A stretch of 21,386 nucleotides of DNA from a bacterium. GTDB lineage: Bacteria; Eisenbacteria; RBG-16-71-46. Location: the NCBI GenBank assembly GCA_043779265.1, contig JAYWEM010000098.1, positions 1-21,386 of the forward strand. Direction: 5' to 3'. Below the pieces are notes generated by a model. It ran no database searches, was not told where the DNA came from, and was given only the letters and a program-made list of their open reading frames with translations. The translations under genes were made by a program, and so were the position numbers. The first letter of the stretch is position 1; every line of letters starts with the position of its first letter. This document shows positions 10,335-19,299 of this stretch, piece after piece.

Positions 10335-12767
10335 GTGTTCGAGAACAGTACGGCGCGTGTGCGCCTGGCAGTCCCCTTCGTTCTGATCGTCCTGCTCTCC
10401 GTCGGGGCGTTCGCTCCTGCACCCGCTTTCGCACAGTCCGACCCCACGAGCGCCGAGACGGCCGAGCCCGTCGCGACGCCCGTCCTCGGGGCCATCCGCG
10501 TCACGGGCAACACGACCGTCGACAGCGCGCGGATCGTGACGACGATGGAGCTCGCGCCAGGGCAGCGGTACTCGGCCGAGGCGATCCGCCGCGGCGTTCG
10601 CAAGCTGCTGGCTCTGGGACTCTTCTCCGATGTCACGCCGAGGCGCGGCGAGTTGGTCGCCGGAGTGCTGGATCTGATCATCGAGGTCCGGGAGAGGCCG
10701 CGCATCTCGACGCTGCGTTTCCAGGGCAACCAGAAGCGCGAGAATGTCGACCTCGAGAAGAAGCTCTTCCTGCGCTCGGGCGAGACGCTGTCTCTGACGC
10801 AGTTGCAGTTGCAAGTCGACTCGCTGGTGCACTACTACCGCGAGGAGGGCTTCCCGCGCGCCACCGTGACGAGCGCGCTCGACACCATGGTGAGCGCGAA
10901 CCAGGTCGGTATCCTGTTCCAGGTCGTCGAGGGCGAGAAGCTGCGCATCACGCGCATCACCTTCGAGGGGGCCTCGGCCTTCACCGAGAAGCGTCTGCGC
11001 AAGGCCATGAAGACGAAGCAGAAGGGATTCTTGGGTGGCGGCCAACTGACGGACGAGACGTTCGCCGAGGATCGCGAGCGTCTGGAGTCGTGGTATCACG
11101 ACCGTGGCTATCGCAGTGCCCGCGTGGCGGACATGGCGCTGTCGCCAGGTGCCACGGCGCGTCAACTGACGCTGCGCGTGACGCTCGAGGAAGGACGTCT
11201 GCACGAACTGGGCGCGGTCACCTGGAGCGGGAACACGGTCGTCCCGGAGGCGATGCTCCATCGCATCTGGAATCCCAAGCCGGGCTCTCGCTACGAGAAG
11301 GACCGGGTCGCGCGCGCGCAATCGGACGTCTATTCGGCCTATGCCGAGCGCGGCTACCTCTATCTGGGGGTCGAGCCGACCGAGACGGTGCGCGACTCGG
11401 TCGTCGATGTGGAATTCCGCATCGGGGAGGGGCGACCCTCGAACGTGCGCCTCGTCAGCATCGTCGGCAATCGCGGCACGCGCGAGCATGTGATCCGCCG
11501 TGAGATCGACCTCCATGAGGGGGACCGGTTCCGCCGCTCCGCGCTCATCCGGAGCCAGGGCGATATCATGCGGCTCGGACTGTTCGAGAACGTGATCCCG
11601 GACTTCCAGCCAGCCGAGAGCACCGATGTCGACCTCATCTTCCGGATCAAGGAGAAGAGCGTCGGGACCGCGTCCGCCGGCGCCGGATTCACCAACGAGA
11701 CGGGCATCACCGGATTCCTCGACCTCGGTCACAGCAACGTGCTCGGCAACGGTCAGGCCCTGCAGCTGCATCTCGAGCGCGGCCGCCAGCGCGAGGAGTA
11801 CACGCTCAGTTTCACCGAGCCGTGGTTCCGCGGCACCCCGACGCTGCTCGGCATCTCGACCTACAGCACCTATCGCGAACTTCAGGAGTACGACCAGCGC
11901 CGTCGAGGTGGCTCCGTGCGGCTCGGTCGGCCGTTGCCGTGGCCGGACTACACGCGAGGATCGATCGCATACACGCTCGAGGAACTGCTCATCGAGAACG
12001 TCGTCTCGAGCATCACGGTCGGAGGCATCCGGATCGGGGAGCCGCAGCTCTCGAGCGCGCTCGAAACCACGTTCCTCCGCAACTCGACCGACAATCCGTT
12101 CTATCCGACCCGGGGCTCACGCCTGTCCATCAACGACGAATTCAACGGCGGTCCGTTCGGCGGCGATCTGCACTTCCACAAGCATCGCTACGAAGGGCGC
12201 ATCTACTTCCCCTCGGTGTTCAAGAGCTTCACCTCGATGGCGCGACTGCGCGTCGGCACGGTGGGTCAGTACAACTGGCGCGACGAGCAGATCCCGGATT
12301 ACGCGCGCTTCCGTCTCGGAGGCGGAACCACCGTCGATCCGTTGCGTGGCTATGACGATTACCAGGTGGTCCCCAAGAAGTTCATCACGGACGTCATCCT
12401 GGGGTACACGAATCGCGACACCATCTGGGTGGGTGGGATCTCAGGCGGAACGATCGATCGGATCGACTCGACTGCCGTGAAAGTGACCCGTCGCTACCCC
12501 GGTGGCCGCTACCTGGCGCTGTTCACGTTCGAGCAGCAGTTCCCGATTGTGAACCCGCTTCGTGGTGTGTTCTTCTTCGATGCTGGCGATGTCTGGGACC
12601 TGCGCAGCGAGATCCGGCCCTTCGATCTCAAGGTGGGCGCCGGGTTCGGCGCGCGCATGGAGGTCCCGATCCTCGGGAACATCGGGTTCGACTACGGGTA
12701 TGGCTTCCAGCGCGACGATGGGCCGCGCTGGAAGGGCCATTTCCTCCTCGGCAACTTCAACTTCTAG
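10335..12767 (+). CDS. bamA: Outer membrane protein assembly factor BamA (810 aa)
   Basis: GTG 10335 follows GGGAGA. Signal peptide ending PAFA-Q, five POTRA repeats, barrel with LRGY (VRGF-equivalent) and a terminal Phe (HFLLGNFNF). Upstream of skp-lpxD. Confidence 0.96.
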   Translation: MFENSTARVRLAVPFVLIVLLSVGAFAPAPAFAQSDPTSAETAEPVATPVLGAIRVTGNTTVDSARIVTTMELAPGQRYSAEAIRRGVRKLLALGLFSDVTPRRGELVAGVLDLIIEVRERPRISTLRFQGNQKRENVDLEKKLFLRSGETLSLTQLQLQVDSLVHYYREEGFPRATVTSALDTMVSANQVGILFQVVEGEKLRITRITFEGASAFTEKRLRKAMKTKQKGFLGGGQLTDETFAEDRERLESWYHDRGYRSARVADMALSPGATARQLTLRVTLEEGRLHELGAVTWSGNTVVPEAMLHRIWNPKPGSRYEKDRVARAQSDVYSAYAERGYLYLGVEPTETVRDSVVDVEFRIGEGRPSNVRLVSIVGNRGTREHVIRREIDLHEGDRFRRSALIRSQGDIMRLGLFENVIPDFQPAESTDVDLIFRIKEKSVGTASAGAGFTNETGITGFLDLGHSNVLGNGQALQLHLERGRQREEYTLSFTEPWFRGTPTLLGISTYSTYRELQEYDQRRRGGSVRLGRPLPWPDYTRGSIAYTLEELLIENVVSSITVGGIRIGEPQLSSALETTFLRNSTDNPFYPTRGSRLSINDEFNGGPFGGDLHFHKHRYEGRIYFPSVFKSFTSMARLRVGTVGQYNWRDEQIPDYARFRLGGGTTVDPLRGYDDYQVVPKKFITDVILGYTNRDTIWVGGISGGTIDRIDSTAVKVTRRYPGGRYLALFTFEQQFPIVNPLRGVFFFDAGDVWDLRSEIRPFDLKVGAGFGARMEVPILGNIGFDYGYGFQRDDGPRWKGHFLLGNFNF

Positions 12768-12776
12768 CGAGGTCCG

Positions 12777-13328
12777 ATGCATCCCCTTCGACGCCACTTC
12801 AAGGGACTCGCGCTCGCGATCGCGCTGCTCGTCTCGGCACCGCTCGCGCAAGCGGCCGATCTGCCGTTCGGCTACATCGATTCGGCTCGCATCTTCCTCG
12901 AGTACAAGGATGCCCAGGAGGCGCAGCAACGTTTCGAGCGCCAGGTCCAGGGCTGGCGTGACGAGGCCACCGAGAAGGAGAAGTCGGTGCAGCAGCTGCG
13001 GCAGGAGGTACGCGATCAGGCTCCGATCCTGTCGGCGCTCAAACGCCAGGAGAAGGAGCAGGCCCTCCAGCGCGCGATCGGTGAGTACGAGACGTTCCTG
13101 CAGGACATCTGGGGGCCTCAAGGCCGCGCATCTCAGGAGAACGAGCGCGCGACCGGCGAGGTGATCCAGCAGATCCGAGTCGAGGTCGAGAAGTTGGCCA
13201 GCGAGCGTGGCATCGAGCTGGTGTTCGACACGGCCAGCGGATTCCTGATCTACGCGGATCGTAAGTTCGACCTGACGCCGGACATCATCGCCGCTCTGAA
13301 CGCGCGCAGCACCACGCCGGCTCGCTGA
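12777..13328 (+). CDS. skp: Periplasmic chaperone Skp/OmpH
   Basis: Signal peptide (LAQA-A), FGYIDSARIF, long coiled coil, GIELVFD and DLTPDII. Conserved position between bamA and lpxD. Confidence 0.92.
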   Translation: MHPLRRHFKGLALAIALLVSAPLAQAADLPFGYIDSARIFLEYKDAQEAQQRFERQVQGWRDEATEKEKSVQQLRQEVRDQAPILSALKRQEKEQALQRAIGEYETFLQDIWGPQGRASQENERATGEVIQQIRVEVEKLASERGIELVFDTASGFLIYADRKFDLTPDIIAALNARSTTPAR

Positions 13329-13355
13329 GGTGAACTCGTTACAGGGAGGCCATCG

Positions 13356-14420
13356 ATGAGCACGCTCACGCTCGCCGAGCTCGCCGCCGAAGTGGGGGGC
13401 ACGGTCATCGGGGATGCCACCACCGTGATCCGTGGAGTCGCGGGGATCCGGGAAGCGCAGTCGGGCGAGGTCACGTTCATCGCCAATGCGCGCTACGACT
13501 CCCATCTGGCGGAGACGCGCGCGTCGGCCGTGATCTGCTCGCGCGAGCCTCGCGAGTCCCCGGTGCCGCTCATCCAGGTCGACAATCCGTATCTTGCGTT
13601 CCAGATCGTCGTGCGTCTGTTCCGGCCCGATCTCTATCGTCCCCTTGCGGGCGTGCACCCGAGCGCCATCGTGTCGCAGGCCGCCACGATCGGAGAGGGA
13701 GCGTCGATCGGCGCGCATTGTGTCGTCGAGGCCGGAGCGCGTGTCGGCGCCCGCACCGTGCTGATGCCCGGCTGCTACGTCGGGGTCCAGGCGTCGGTCG
13801 GCGAGGATTGCCTGTTCTATCCGCATGTCACGGTGCGCGAGGAGTGCGTGATCGGCAGTCGCTGCATCCTCCACTCGGGTACGATCATCGGCGCCGATGG
13901 CTTCGGATTCGCCTTCGATGCCGGGCGCTACCACAAGGTGCCGCAGGTCGGCATCGTGCAGATCGGTGACGACGTCGAAGTGGGCGCCAACACCACGATC
14001 GACCGCGCCACCACGGACGCGACGCGGATCGGCGACGGGACGAAGATCGACAACCTCGTGCAGATCGGGCACAACGTGCAGATCGGACGACACTGCATCG
14101 TGGTGGCGCAGGTCGGGATCTCCGGAAGCACGCGGCTCGAGGACTACGTCGTGATCGGCGGCCAGGCGGGCCTGGCCGGCCACATCACGGTCGGCGCCGG
14201 CGCCCAGGTCGGCGCCCAGGCGGGCGTGAGCAAGTCGGTCGCACCCAAGGCGACCGTGTGGGGCACGCCCGCGCAGCCGCTCGCGCTCGTGAAGCGCATC
14301 AATGCCTATCTTCAGCGACTGCCTCAGTTGTTCCAGCGCGCCAAGGCACTCGAGGCGCGAGTCGAGGCACTCGAACAGCAGAAGGATGAGGCGCGCGAGC
14401 GCAAGGAGGTCACCCGTTGA
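13356..14420 (+). CDS. lpxD: UDP-3-O-acylglucosamine N-acyltransferase LpxD
   Basis: RBS GGGAGG. N-terminal uridine-binding domain (VTFIANARY, VDNPYLAF), hexapeptide repeats, IGADGFGF, GANTTIDR and KIDNLVQIGHN. Confidence 0.97.
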   Translation: MSTLTLAELAAEVGGTVIGDATTVIRGVAGIREAQSGEVTFIANARYDSHLAETRASAVICSREPRESPVPLIQVDNPYLAFQIVVRLFRPDLYRPLAGVHPSAIVSQAATIGEGASIGAHCVVEAGARVGARTVLMPGCYVGVQASVGEDCLFYPHVTVREECVIGSRCILHSGTIIGADGFGFAFDAGRYHKVPQVGIVQIGDDVEVGANTTIDRATTDATRIGDGTKIDNLVQIGHNVQIGRHCIVVAQVGISGSTRLEDYVVIGGQAGLAGHITVGAGAQVGAQAGVSKSVAPKATVWGTPAQPLALVKRINAYLQRLPQLFQRAKALEARVEALEQQKDEARERKEVTR

Positions 14421-15736
14421 GAACGCGCCCCCAGCGCACCATTGCCACGGCGACATCGATCGAGGGCATCGGACTCCACACGGGAGAGAAGGGCACCATG
14501 CGGTTCCTGCCGGCGGAGGTCGATCATGGCGTCCGCTTCGCGCGTGTCGATCTCACGGGGTCGCCCCAGGTCCGCGTGCGACCGGAGAACGCGCATTTCG
14601 ATCCGGGTGCCGGTCGCCGCACGATCCTCCAGCAGGATGGCGTGCAGATCCACACGATGGAGCATGTCCTCGCGGCGGTCGCAGGGCTCGGGATCGACAA
14701 TCTGCTGATCGAGGTCAGCACGATGGAGGTCCCCGAGGGGCATGACGGCAGTTCCGCTCCCATCGCCCGTGCCCTGATGGATGCCGGCATCGAGGAGCAG
14801 GCCAAGCCGACGCGGCACATCAAGGTGACCAAGCCTGTGCACTGGGCCGAGGGCCGCGTCGAACTGAGCGCGACGCCGCATGATGGCCTGCGCATCACGT
14901 TCCTGATCGAGTACGACCATCCGCTGATCGGGATCCAGGAGCGCACGCTCGACATCACGCCGGAGACCTTCCTCGAGGAGATCGCGCCGGCACGAACGTT
15001 CGTCCTCGAGCGTGACCTCGAGGCGCTGCGCGCGGCGGGATGGATCAAGGGCGGGCGACTCGAGAGCGCGATCGTCGTGGGCCCGAACGGCGTGCTCAAT
15101 GACGAGCCGCTGCGATTCCCGGATGAGTTCGTGCGGCACAAGATCCTCGATCTGATCGGCGACCTGTTCATCCTCGGCGGCCCGGTGCTCGGGCACTTCA
15201 CCGCGCGGCGGTCGGGGCATCAGGGCCATGTCGCCTTCGTGAAGCGCTTGAAGGAGACGTTGCCGCTTCCGGGACGCCGCGCCGGTGGATCGCCCGAGGA
15301 GTGGGACACCACCGCCATCATGGATCTGATGCCCCATCGCTATCCGTTCCTGCTCGTCGATCGCATCCTGAGGATCGAGGAGGGCCGCGAGATCGAGGGG
15401 CTGAAGAACGTCACGATCAACGAGCCGTTCTTCCAGGGGCACTTCCCGGGACAGCCGATGATGCCGGGCGTGTTGATCCTCGAGGCGATGGCGCAGGTGG
15501 GCGGCATGCTGATGCTCAACTCGGTCGATGACCCGAGCAACAAGCTCATGTACTTCATGGGCATCGACCGAGCGAAGTTCCGCAAGCCGGTGGTGCCGGG
15601 GGATCAGCTGCGATTCAAGCTCACGCTGCTGAACGCCAAGCGCCGGACCATGAAGATGCGAGGTGAGGCGTACGTCGATGGCCAGCTCGTGGCCGAGGCC
15701 GAACTGCTCGCGACCGTGGTGGACCGCCGCTCATGA
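14417..15736 (+). CDS. lpxC/fabZ: Bifunctional LpxC deacetylase / FabZ 3-hydroxyacyl-ACP dehydratase fusion
   Basis: TTG start in a TTGA overlap after AAGGAGGT. LpxC motifs: QRTI, GIGLHTG, TMEHVLAA, DGSS, IAPARTF, HKILDLIGDL. FabZ motifs follow in the same frame: PHRYPFLLVDR, FFQGHFP, PGVLILEAMAQ. Confidence 0.96.
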   Translation: MRTRPQRTIATATSIEGIGLHTGEKGTMRFLPAEVDHGVRFARVDLTGSPQVRVRPENAHFDPGAGRRTILQQDGVQIHTMEHVLAAVAGLGIDNLLIEVSTMEVPEGHDGSSAPIARALMDAGIEEQAKPTRHIKVTKPVHWAEGRVELSATPHDGLRITFLIEYDHPLIGIQERTLDITPETFLEEIAPARTFVLERDLEALRAAGWIKGGRLESAIVVGPNGVLNDEPLRFPDEFVRHKILDLIGDLFILGGPVLGHFTARRSGHQGHVAFVKRLKETLPLPGRRAGGSPEEWDTTAIMDLMPHRYPFLLVDRILRIEEGREIEGLKNVTINEPFFQGHFPGQPMMPGVLILEAMAQVGGMLMLNSVDDPSNKLMYFMGIDRAKFRKPVVPGDQLRFKLTLLNAKRRTMKMRGEAYVDGQLVAEAELLATVVDRRS

Positions 15737-16509
15737 GTGTTCGCATCCATCCCGCAGCGCACGTCGCCGAGGGTGCGACCTTGGGGCTCGACGTGTCGGT
15801 CGGTCCGGGTGCGGTGGTGGGTCCGGATGTGATCGTCGGGGATCGCACGCGCATCGACAGTCATGCCCTGGTGACCGGCTGGACGACGCTCGGCGTCGAT
15901 TGCCACGTGCATCATGGCGCCGTCCTGGGCTCTCCGCCGCAGGACCTCAAGTACGTGCCGGTCCGATCGTATCTCGTGGTCGGGGATCGCACGGTGTGCC
16001 GCGAGTACATGACCGCCAATCTGGCGACGGAGCCGGAGTTCTCGACGCGGATCGGATCCGACTGTCTGCTCATGGCCTACTCGCACGTCGCGCACAACGG
16101 CCACCTCGGCGACCACGTGATCCTCGCCAACGCCGTGCAGCTGGCGGGCTATGTGGTCGTCGATGACTGGGCGATCGTCGGAGGCGGTTCCGTCGTGCAT
16201 CAGTTCACCCGGATCGGCCGACACTGCATGATCGGCGGTGGCTCGCGCATCCCCCAGGATGTCGCGCCCTTCACGAAGACGGCGGGTAGCCCGCCTCGCA
16301 ATGCGGGGATCAACAGCGTTGGGCTGGCGAGGCGCGGCTTCGCGCCCGCTGCCGTCGAGGCGCTCAATCAGGCCTACCGCATCTTCTATCGCAGCGGGCA
16401 CACGGCGGGGCAGGCGGTCGAGGCCATTCGCCAGCGCTATCCCGGCATCGCCGAGGTCGAGCACTTCTGCCGATTCTGCGAAACGTCGGTGCGCGGGGTG
16501 GTGCGATGA
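15733..16509 (+). CDS. lpxA: Acyl-ACP--UDP-N-acetylglucosamine acyltransferase LpxA
   Basis: Hexapeptide repeats, PQDLKY, SHVAH, VHQF, QDVAPF and GINSVGLARRGF. Located after fabZ. Confidence 0.95.
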   Translation: MSVRIHPAAHVAEGATLGLDVSVGPGAVVGPDVIVGDRTRIDSHALVTGWTTLGVDCHVHHGAVLGSPPQDLKYVPVRSYLVVGDRTVCREYMTANLATEPEFSTRIGSDCLLMAYSHVAHNGHLGDHVILANAVQLAGYVVVDDWAIVGGGSVVHQFTRIGRHCMIGGGSRIPQDVAPFTKTAGSPPRNAGINSVGLARRGFAPAAVEALNQAYRIFYRSGHTAGQAVEAIRQRYPGIAEVEHFCRFCETSVRGVVR

Positions 16510-17498
16510 GCGCGCCCGAGCCGCTTCGCTGCGGTGTCTGGGGCGTCGGCGTCTGGGGCGAGAAGCACGCTCGCGTCTACGCCTCGCTTCCCGAGACGAC
16601 GCTGGTCGGTGTGCACGACCGCTCGCGCGATCGCGCCGAGGCGGTCGCCGCCCTGTACGGCACGCGGGTGTTCGCGAGTCCCGAAGCGTTGCTGGCGGAG
16701 GTCGAGGCCGTCTCGATCGCGACTCCCACCGTGGACCATGCCTCGGCGGTCGAGGTGACCATGGCGGCGGGCTGCCACGCCCTGGTCGAAAAGCCCATGG
16801 CGGTGACCGTCGCCGAGGCCGACGCGATGATCGCAGCGGCCGAACGGGCTGGACGCGTCCTGCAAGTGGGGCAGGTGGAACGCTTCAATCCCGCGCTCCT
16901 CGCCGCGCGGCCGTTCGTGAAGCGCCCCAAGTTCATCGAGGGCCATCGTCTCGCGGCGTTCCAACCACGGTCGCTCGACATCGACGTGGTCGGCGATCTC
17001 ATGATCCACGACATCGATGCCGTGCTCCACCTGACCGGCCAGACGCCCTCGGACATCTCCGCCGTCGGCGTCGCCGTGCTGTCGAGCCACGAGGACATCG
17101 CGAACGCGCGGCTCGAGTTCGAGGATGGTTGCGTCGCCAATCTGACCGCGAGTCGGGTGTCGGTCGAGCGCTTGCGCCGACTGCGATTCTTCACCGGCAA
17201 CAGCTATGTCTCGGTCGACCTGTTCGAGAAGAGCGGTGAGGCGTTCGTCATCAAGGAACCTGGGTCGTTCAAGCCCGGCGTCGCGGACCCGCTCGCACTG
17301 TTGGCGGGGATCCAGCGCACCAAGTTGGTCGTGGAGCCGGGCGAACCACTCACGCTCGAGTTGCAGGCGTTCGTGCGCTCGCTTCGAGGTGACGGGGACG
17401 GCGCGGCGAGCGCGCGTGCCGGGCGCGATGCGCTCGCGGTCGCGGAGATGGTGCGCGAGTCGATGCGGCGGCGCGCACGGCAATGGGTGGGGGCCTGA
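16506..17498 (+). CDS. Gfo/Idh/MocA family NAD-dependent oxidoreductase, GnnA-like (putative UDP-GlcNAc 3-dehydrogenase)
   Basis: GVGVWG Rossmann motif, LVEKP, GQVERFNPA, DLMIHDID and ANLTASRVS. Translationally coupled between lpxA and lpxB. The family call is firm; the GnnA function is inferred from context. Confidence 0.85.
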   Translation: MSAPEPLRCGVWGVGVWGEKHARVYASLPETTLVGVHDRSRDRAEAVAALYGTRVFASPEALLAEVEAVSIATPTVDHASAVEVTMAAGCHALVEKPMAVTVAEADAMIAAAERAGRVLQVGQVERFNPALLAARPFVKRPKFIEGHRLAAFQPRSLDIDVVGDLMIHDIDAVLHLTGQTPSDISAVGVAVLSSHEDIANARLEFEDGCVANLTASRVSVERLRRLRFFTGNSYVSVDLFEKSGEAFVIKEPGSFKPGVADPLALLAGIQRTKLVVEPGEPLTLELQAFVRSLRGDGDGAASARAGRDALAVAEMVRESMRRRARQWVGA

Positions 17499-18634
17499 GC
17501 GCGGGCGCGTCGCGCGCCCGCCGACTCCTCATCGTCGCCGGAGAACCCTCGGGCGACCATCACGCCGCTTCGCTGGTCCGCGCGCTTGGTGCATTGGGAC
17601 CGTTGGAGGTCCGTGGAATCGGCGGCCCGCGTCTCGAGGCGGCAGGCGCACGGATCCTCGTGCCGCAGGATCGGCTCTCGGTGATCGGTTTCTCCGGCAT
17701 CCTGTCGAGACTTCCCGACCTGCTGCGCGCCAAGGACTCACTGCTGCGCGCAGTGGACGAGTGGAGACCCGATGCAGCGCTCCTGGTCGACTACCCTGGA
17801 TTCAATCTCCGACTGGGGCCGATGCTGCATCGCAAGGGAACCCGCGTGCTCTACTACATCGCTCCCCAGGTCTGGGCCTGGCATCCGCAGCGGGCGCGGG
17901 CGATGGCGAGCTGGGTGGCCAAGCTCGCAGTCGTGTTCCCGTTCGAAGAGGCGATCTTCCGTGAGGCCGGCGTGTCGACCGCATTCGTCGGGCATCCCCT
18001 CCTCGATGATCTGACGCCCGAGATCGATGAGCGAGCGCTCCGGCTGGAGGTCGGTGCGGGACTCGAGGATCCGATCGTGGGACTGCTGCCGGGAAGTCGG
18101 ACCGGCGAGATCGCACGCCTGGCGCGCCCGATGCTCGAGGCGGCGCAGCGGTTGCGCCGGAGGATCCCCAACGTGCGTCCGGTCGTCGCCCTCGCCGAGG
18201 GCCGTGCGCTCGAGGGCGTGCGGGCCTCGCTGCTCGAGGGGGTCACGGTGCTCGAGGGACGGACGCGATCGATCCAGGCGCACGCGAGCGTGTGCGCCGT
18301 GGCCTCTGGCACCGCCACGCTCGAGACCGCCCTGTTCGGAACGCCCCTGGTGATCGTCTATCGCCTCGGCTGGTTGAACGCGGAGATCGCCCGCCGTGTC
18401 CTCACCCTGCCGCGGATCGGACTGCCCAACATCATCGCGGAGCGCGAGGTCGCTCCCGAGTTGTTGCAGCGCGACTTGACGCCGGAAGCGCTGGCCGAGC
18501 GGCTGTCCCGAGTGATCGAGGACGGTGCCGAGGCCGCACGCCAGCGCGAGGGGCTGAAAGTGGTGCGCGAGCGACTCGGCGGACCCGGAGCAGCGGCGCG
18601 CGCGGCTGCGGTGTTCCACGAGGCGATGGCGTGA
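17483..18634 (+). CDS. lpxB: Lipid-A-disaccharide synthase LpxB
   Basis: VAGEPSGD, VDYPGFN, YIAPQVWAW, FPFE, FVGHPL, LLPGSR, ASGTATLE, GLPNI and PELLQ. The start is uncertain (ATG 17483 or CTG 17495). Confidence 0.95.
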   Translation: MGGGLSAGASRARRLLIVAGEPSGDHHAASLVRALGALGPLEVRGIGGPRLEAAGARILVPQDRLSVIGFSGILSRLPDLLRAKDSLLRAVDEWRPDAALLVDYPGFNLRLGPMLHRKGTRVLYYIAPQVWAWHPQRARAMASWVAKLAVVFPFEEAIFREAGVSTAFVGHPLLDDLTPEIDERALRLEVGAGLEDPIVGLLPGSRTGEIARLARPMLEAAQRLRRRIPNVRPVVALAEGRALEGVRASLLEGVTVLEGRTRSIQAHASVCAVASGTATLETALFGTPLVIVYRLGWLNAEIARRVLTLPRIGLPNIIAEREVAPELLQRDLTPEALAERLSRVIEDGAEAARQREGLKVVRERLGGPGAAARAAAVFHEAMA

Positions 18635-19299
18635 GCACGTCCCGACACCCCTGGTGGTTGCCGACCGCGGCGCTCGCGGGCGGCGCGGTCCTGCGGACGC
18701 TCGGTGCCAGTTGGCGCATCGAGCGGCGCGACGATCCCGCTTACACCGAGGCCGTCGCGAGCGGAGATCGCATCATGCTCGCCTGCTGGCATGCGCGACT
18801 GCTGCCGCTCGTCTACCTGCATCGCGGTGAGGGCTTCGCCGTGCTCGTGAGCCAGCATCGAGACGGCGAGTTGATCGCCCGCATCATCGAGGGGATGGGA
18901 TTCTCCACAGCGAGAGGCTCGAGCACGCGAGGCGCGGAGTCCGGCGTGCGCGAGATGTTCCGCCTCGCCCGCAAGGGCCACGGTCTGGCGATCACCCCGG
19001 ATGGCCCGCGCGGGCCGGCCGAGGAGGTCAAGAGCGGACTCGTCTATCTCGCCGCGCGAATGGGATTGCCGGTCGTTCCCATCGCGGCTGCGAGCGATCG
19101 CGCCTGGTTGGGCCGGAGTTGGGACCGCTTCCGCATCCCGATGCCTCTGGCGCGGGTCGCCGTGATCCATGGTGCTCCCATCGCGATCCCGAGTGAGGCG
19201 GCCCTGGGCGATCTCGCCGAGGACTACCGCCTGCGCATCGAGAACTCGCTTCGCGACCTCCAGCGCCAGGCTCGCGAACTCGCCGGGGAGCCGGCATGA
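18631..19299 (+). CDS. lpxJ: DUF374 acyltransferase, LpxJ-like secondary lipid A acyltransferase (222 aa)
   Basis: GTGA overlap with the lpxB stop. CWH, LVSQHRDGE, RGSSTRG and ITPDGPRGP are typical of DUF374. Sits between lpxB and waaA. Confidence 0.78.
   Translation: MSTSRHPWWLPTAALAGGAVLRTLGASWRIERRDDPAYTEAVASGDRIMLACWHARLLPLVYLHRGEGFAVLVSQHRDGELIARIIEGMGFSTARGSSTRGAESGVREMFRLARKGHGLAITPDGPRGPAEEVKSGLVYLAARMGLPVVPIAAASDRAWLGRSWDRFRIPMPLARVAVIHGAPIAIPSEAALGDLAEDYRLRIENSLRDLQRQARELAGEPA

Noticed and set aside
10163..11503. 446-aa alternative-frame + strand ORF overlapping bamA
   Set aside because: Arg/Gly/Ala-rich sequence with no motif, mostly inside bamA; typical GC-driven off-frame ORF.
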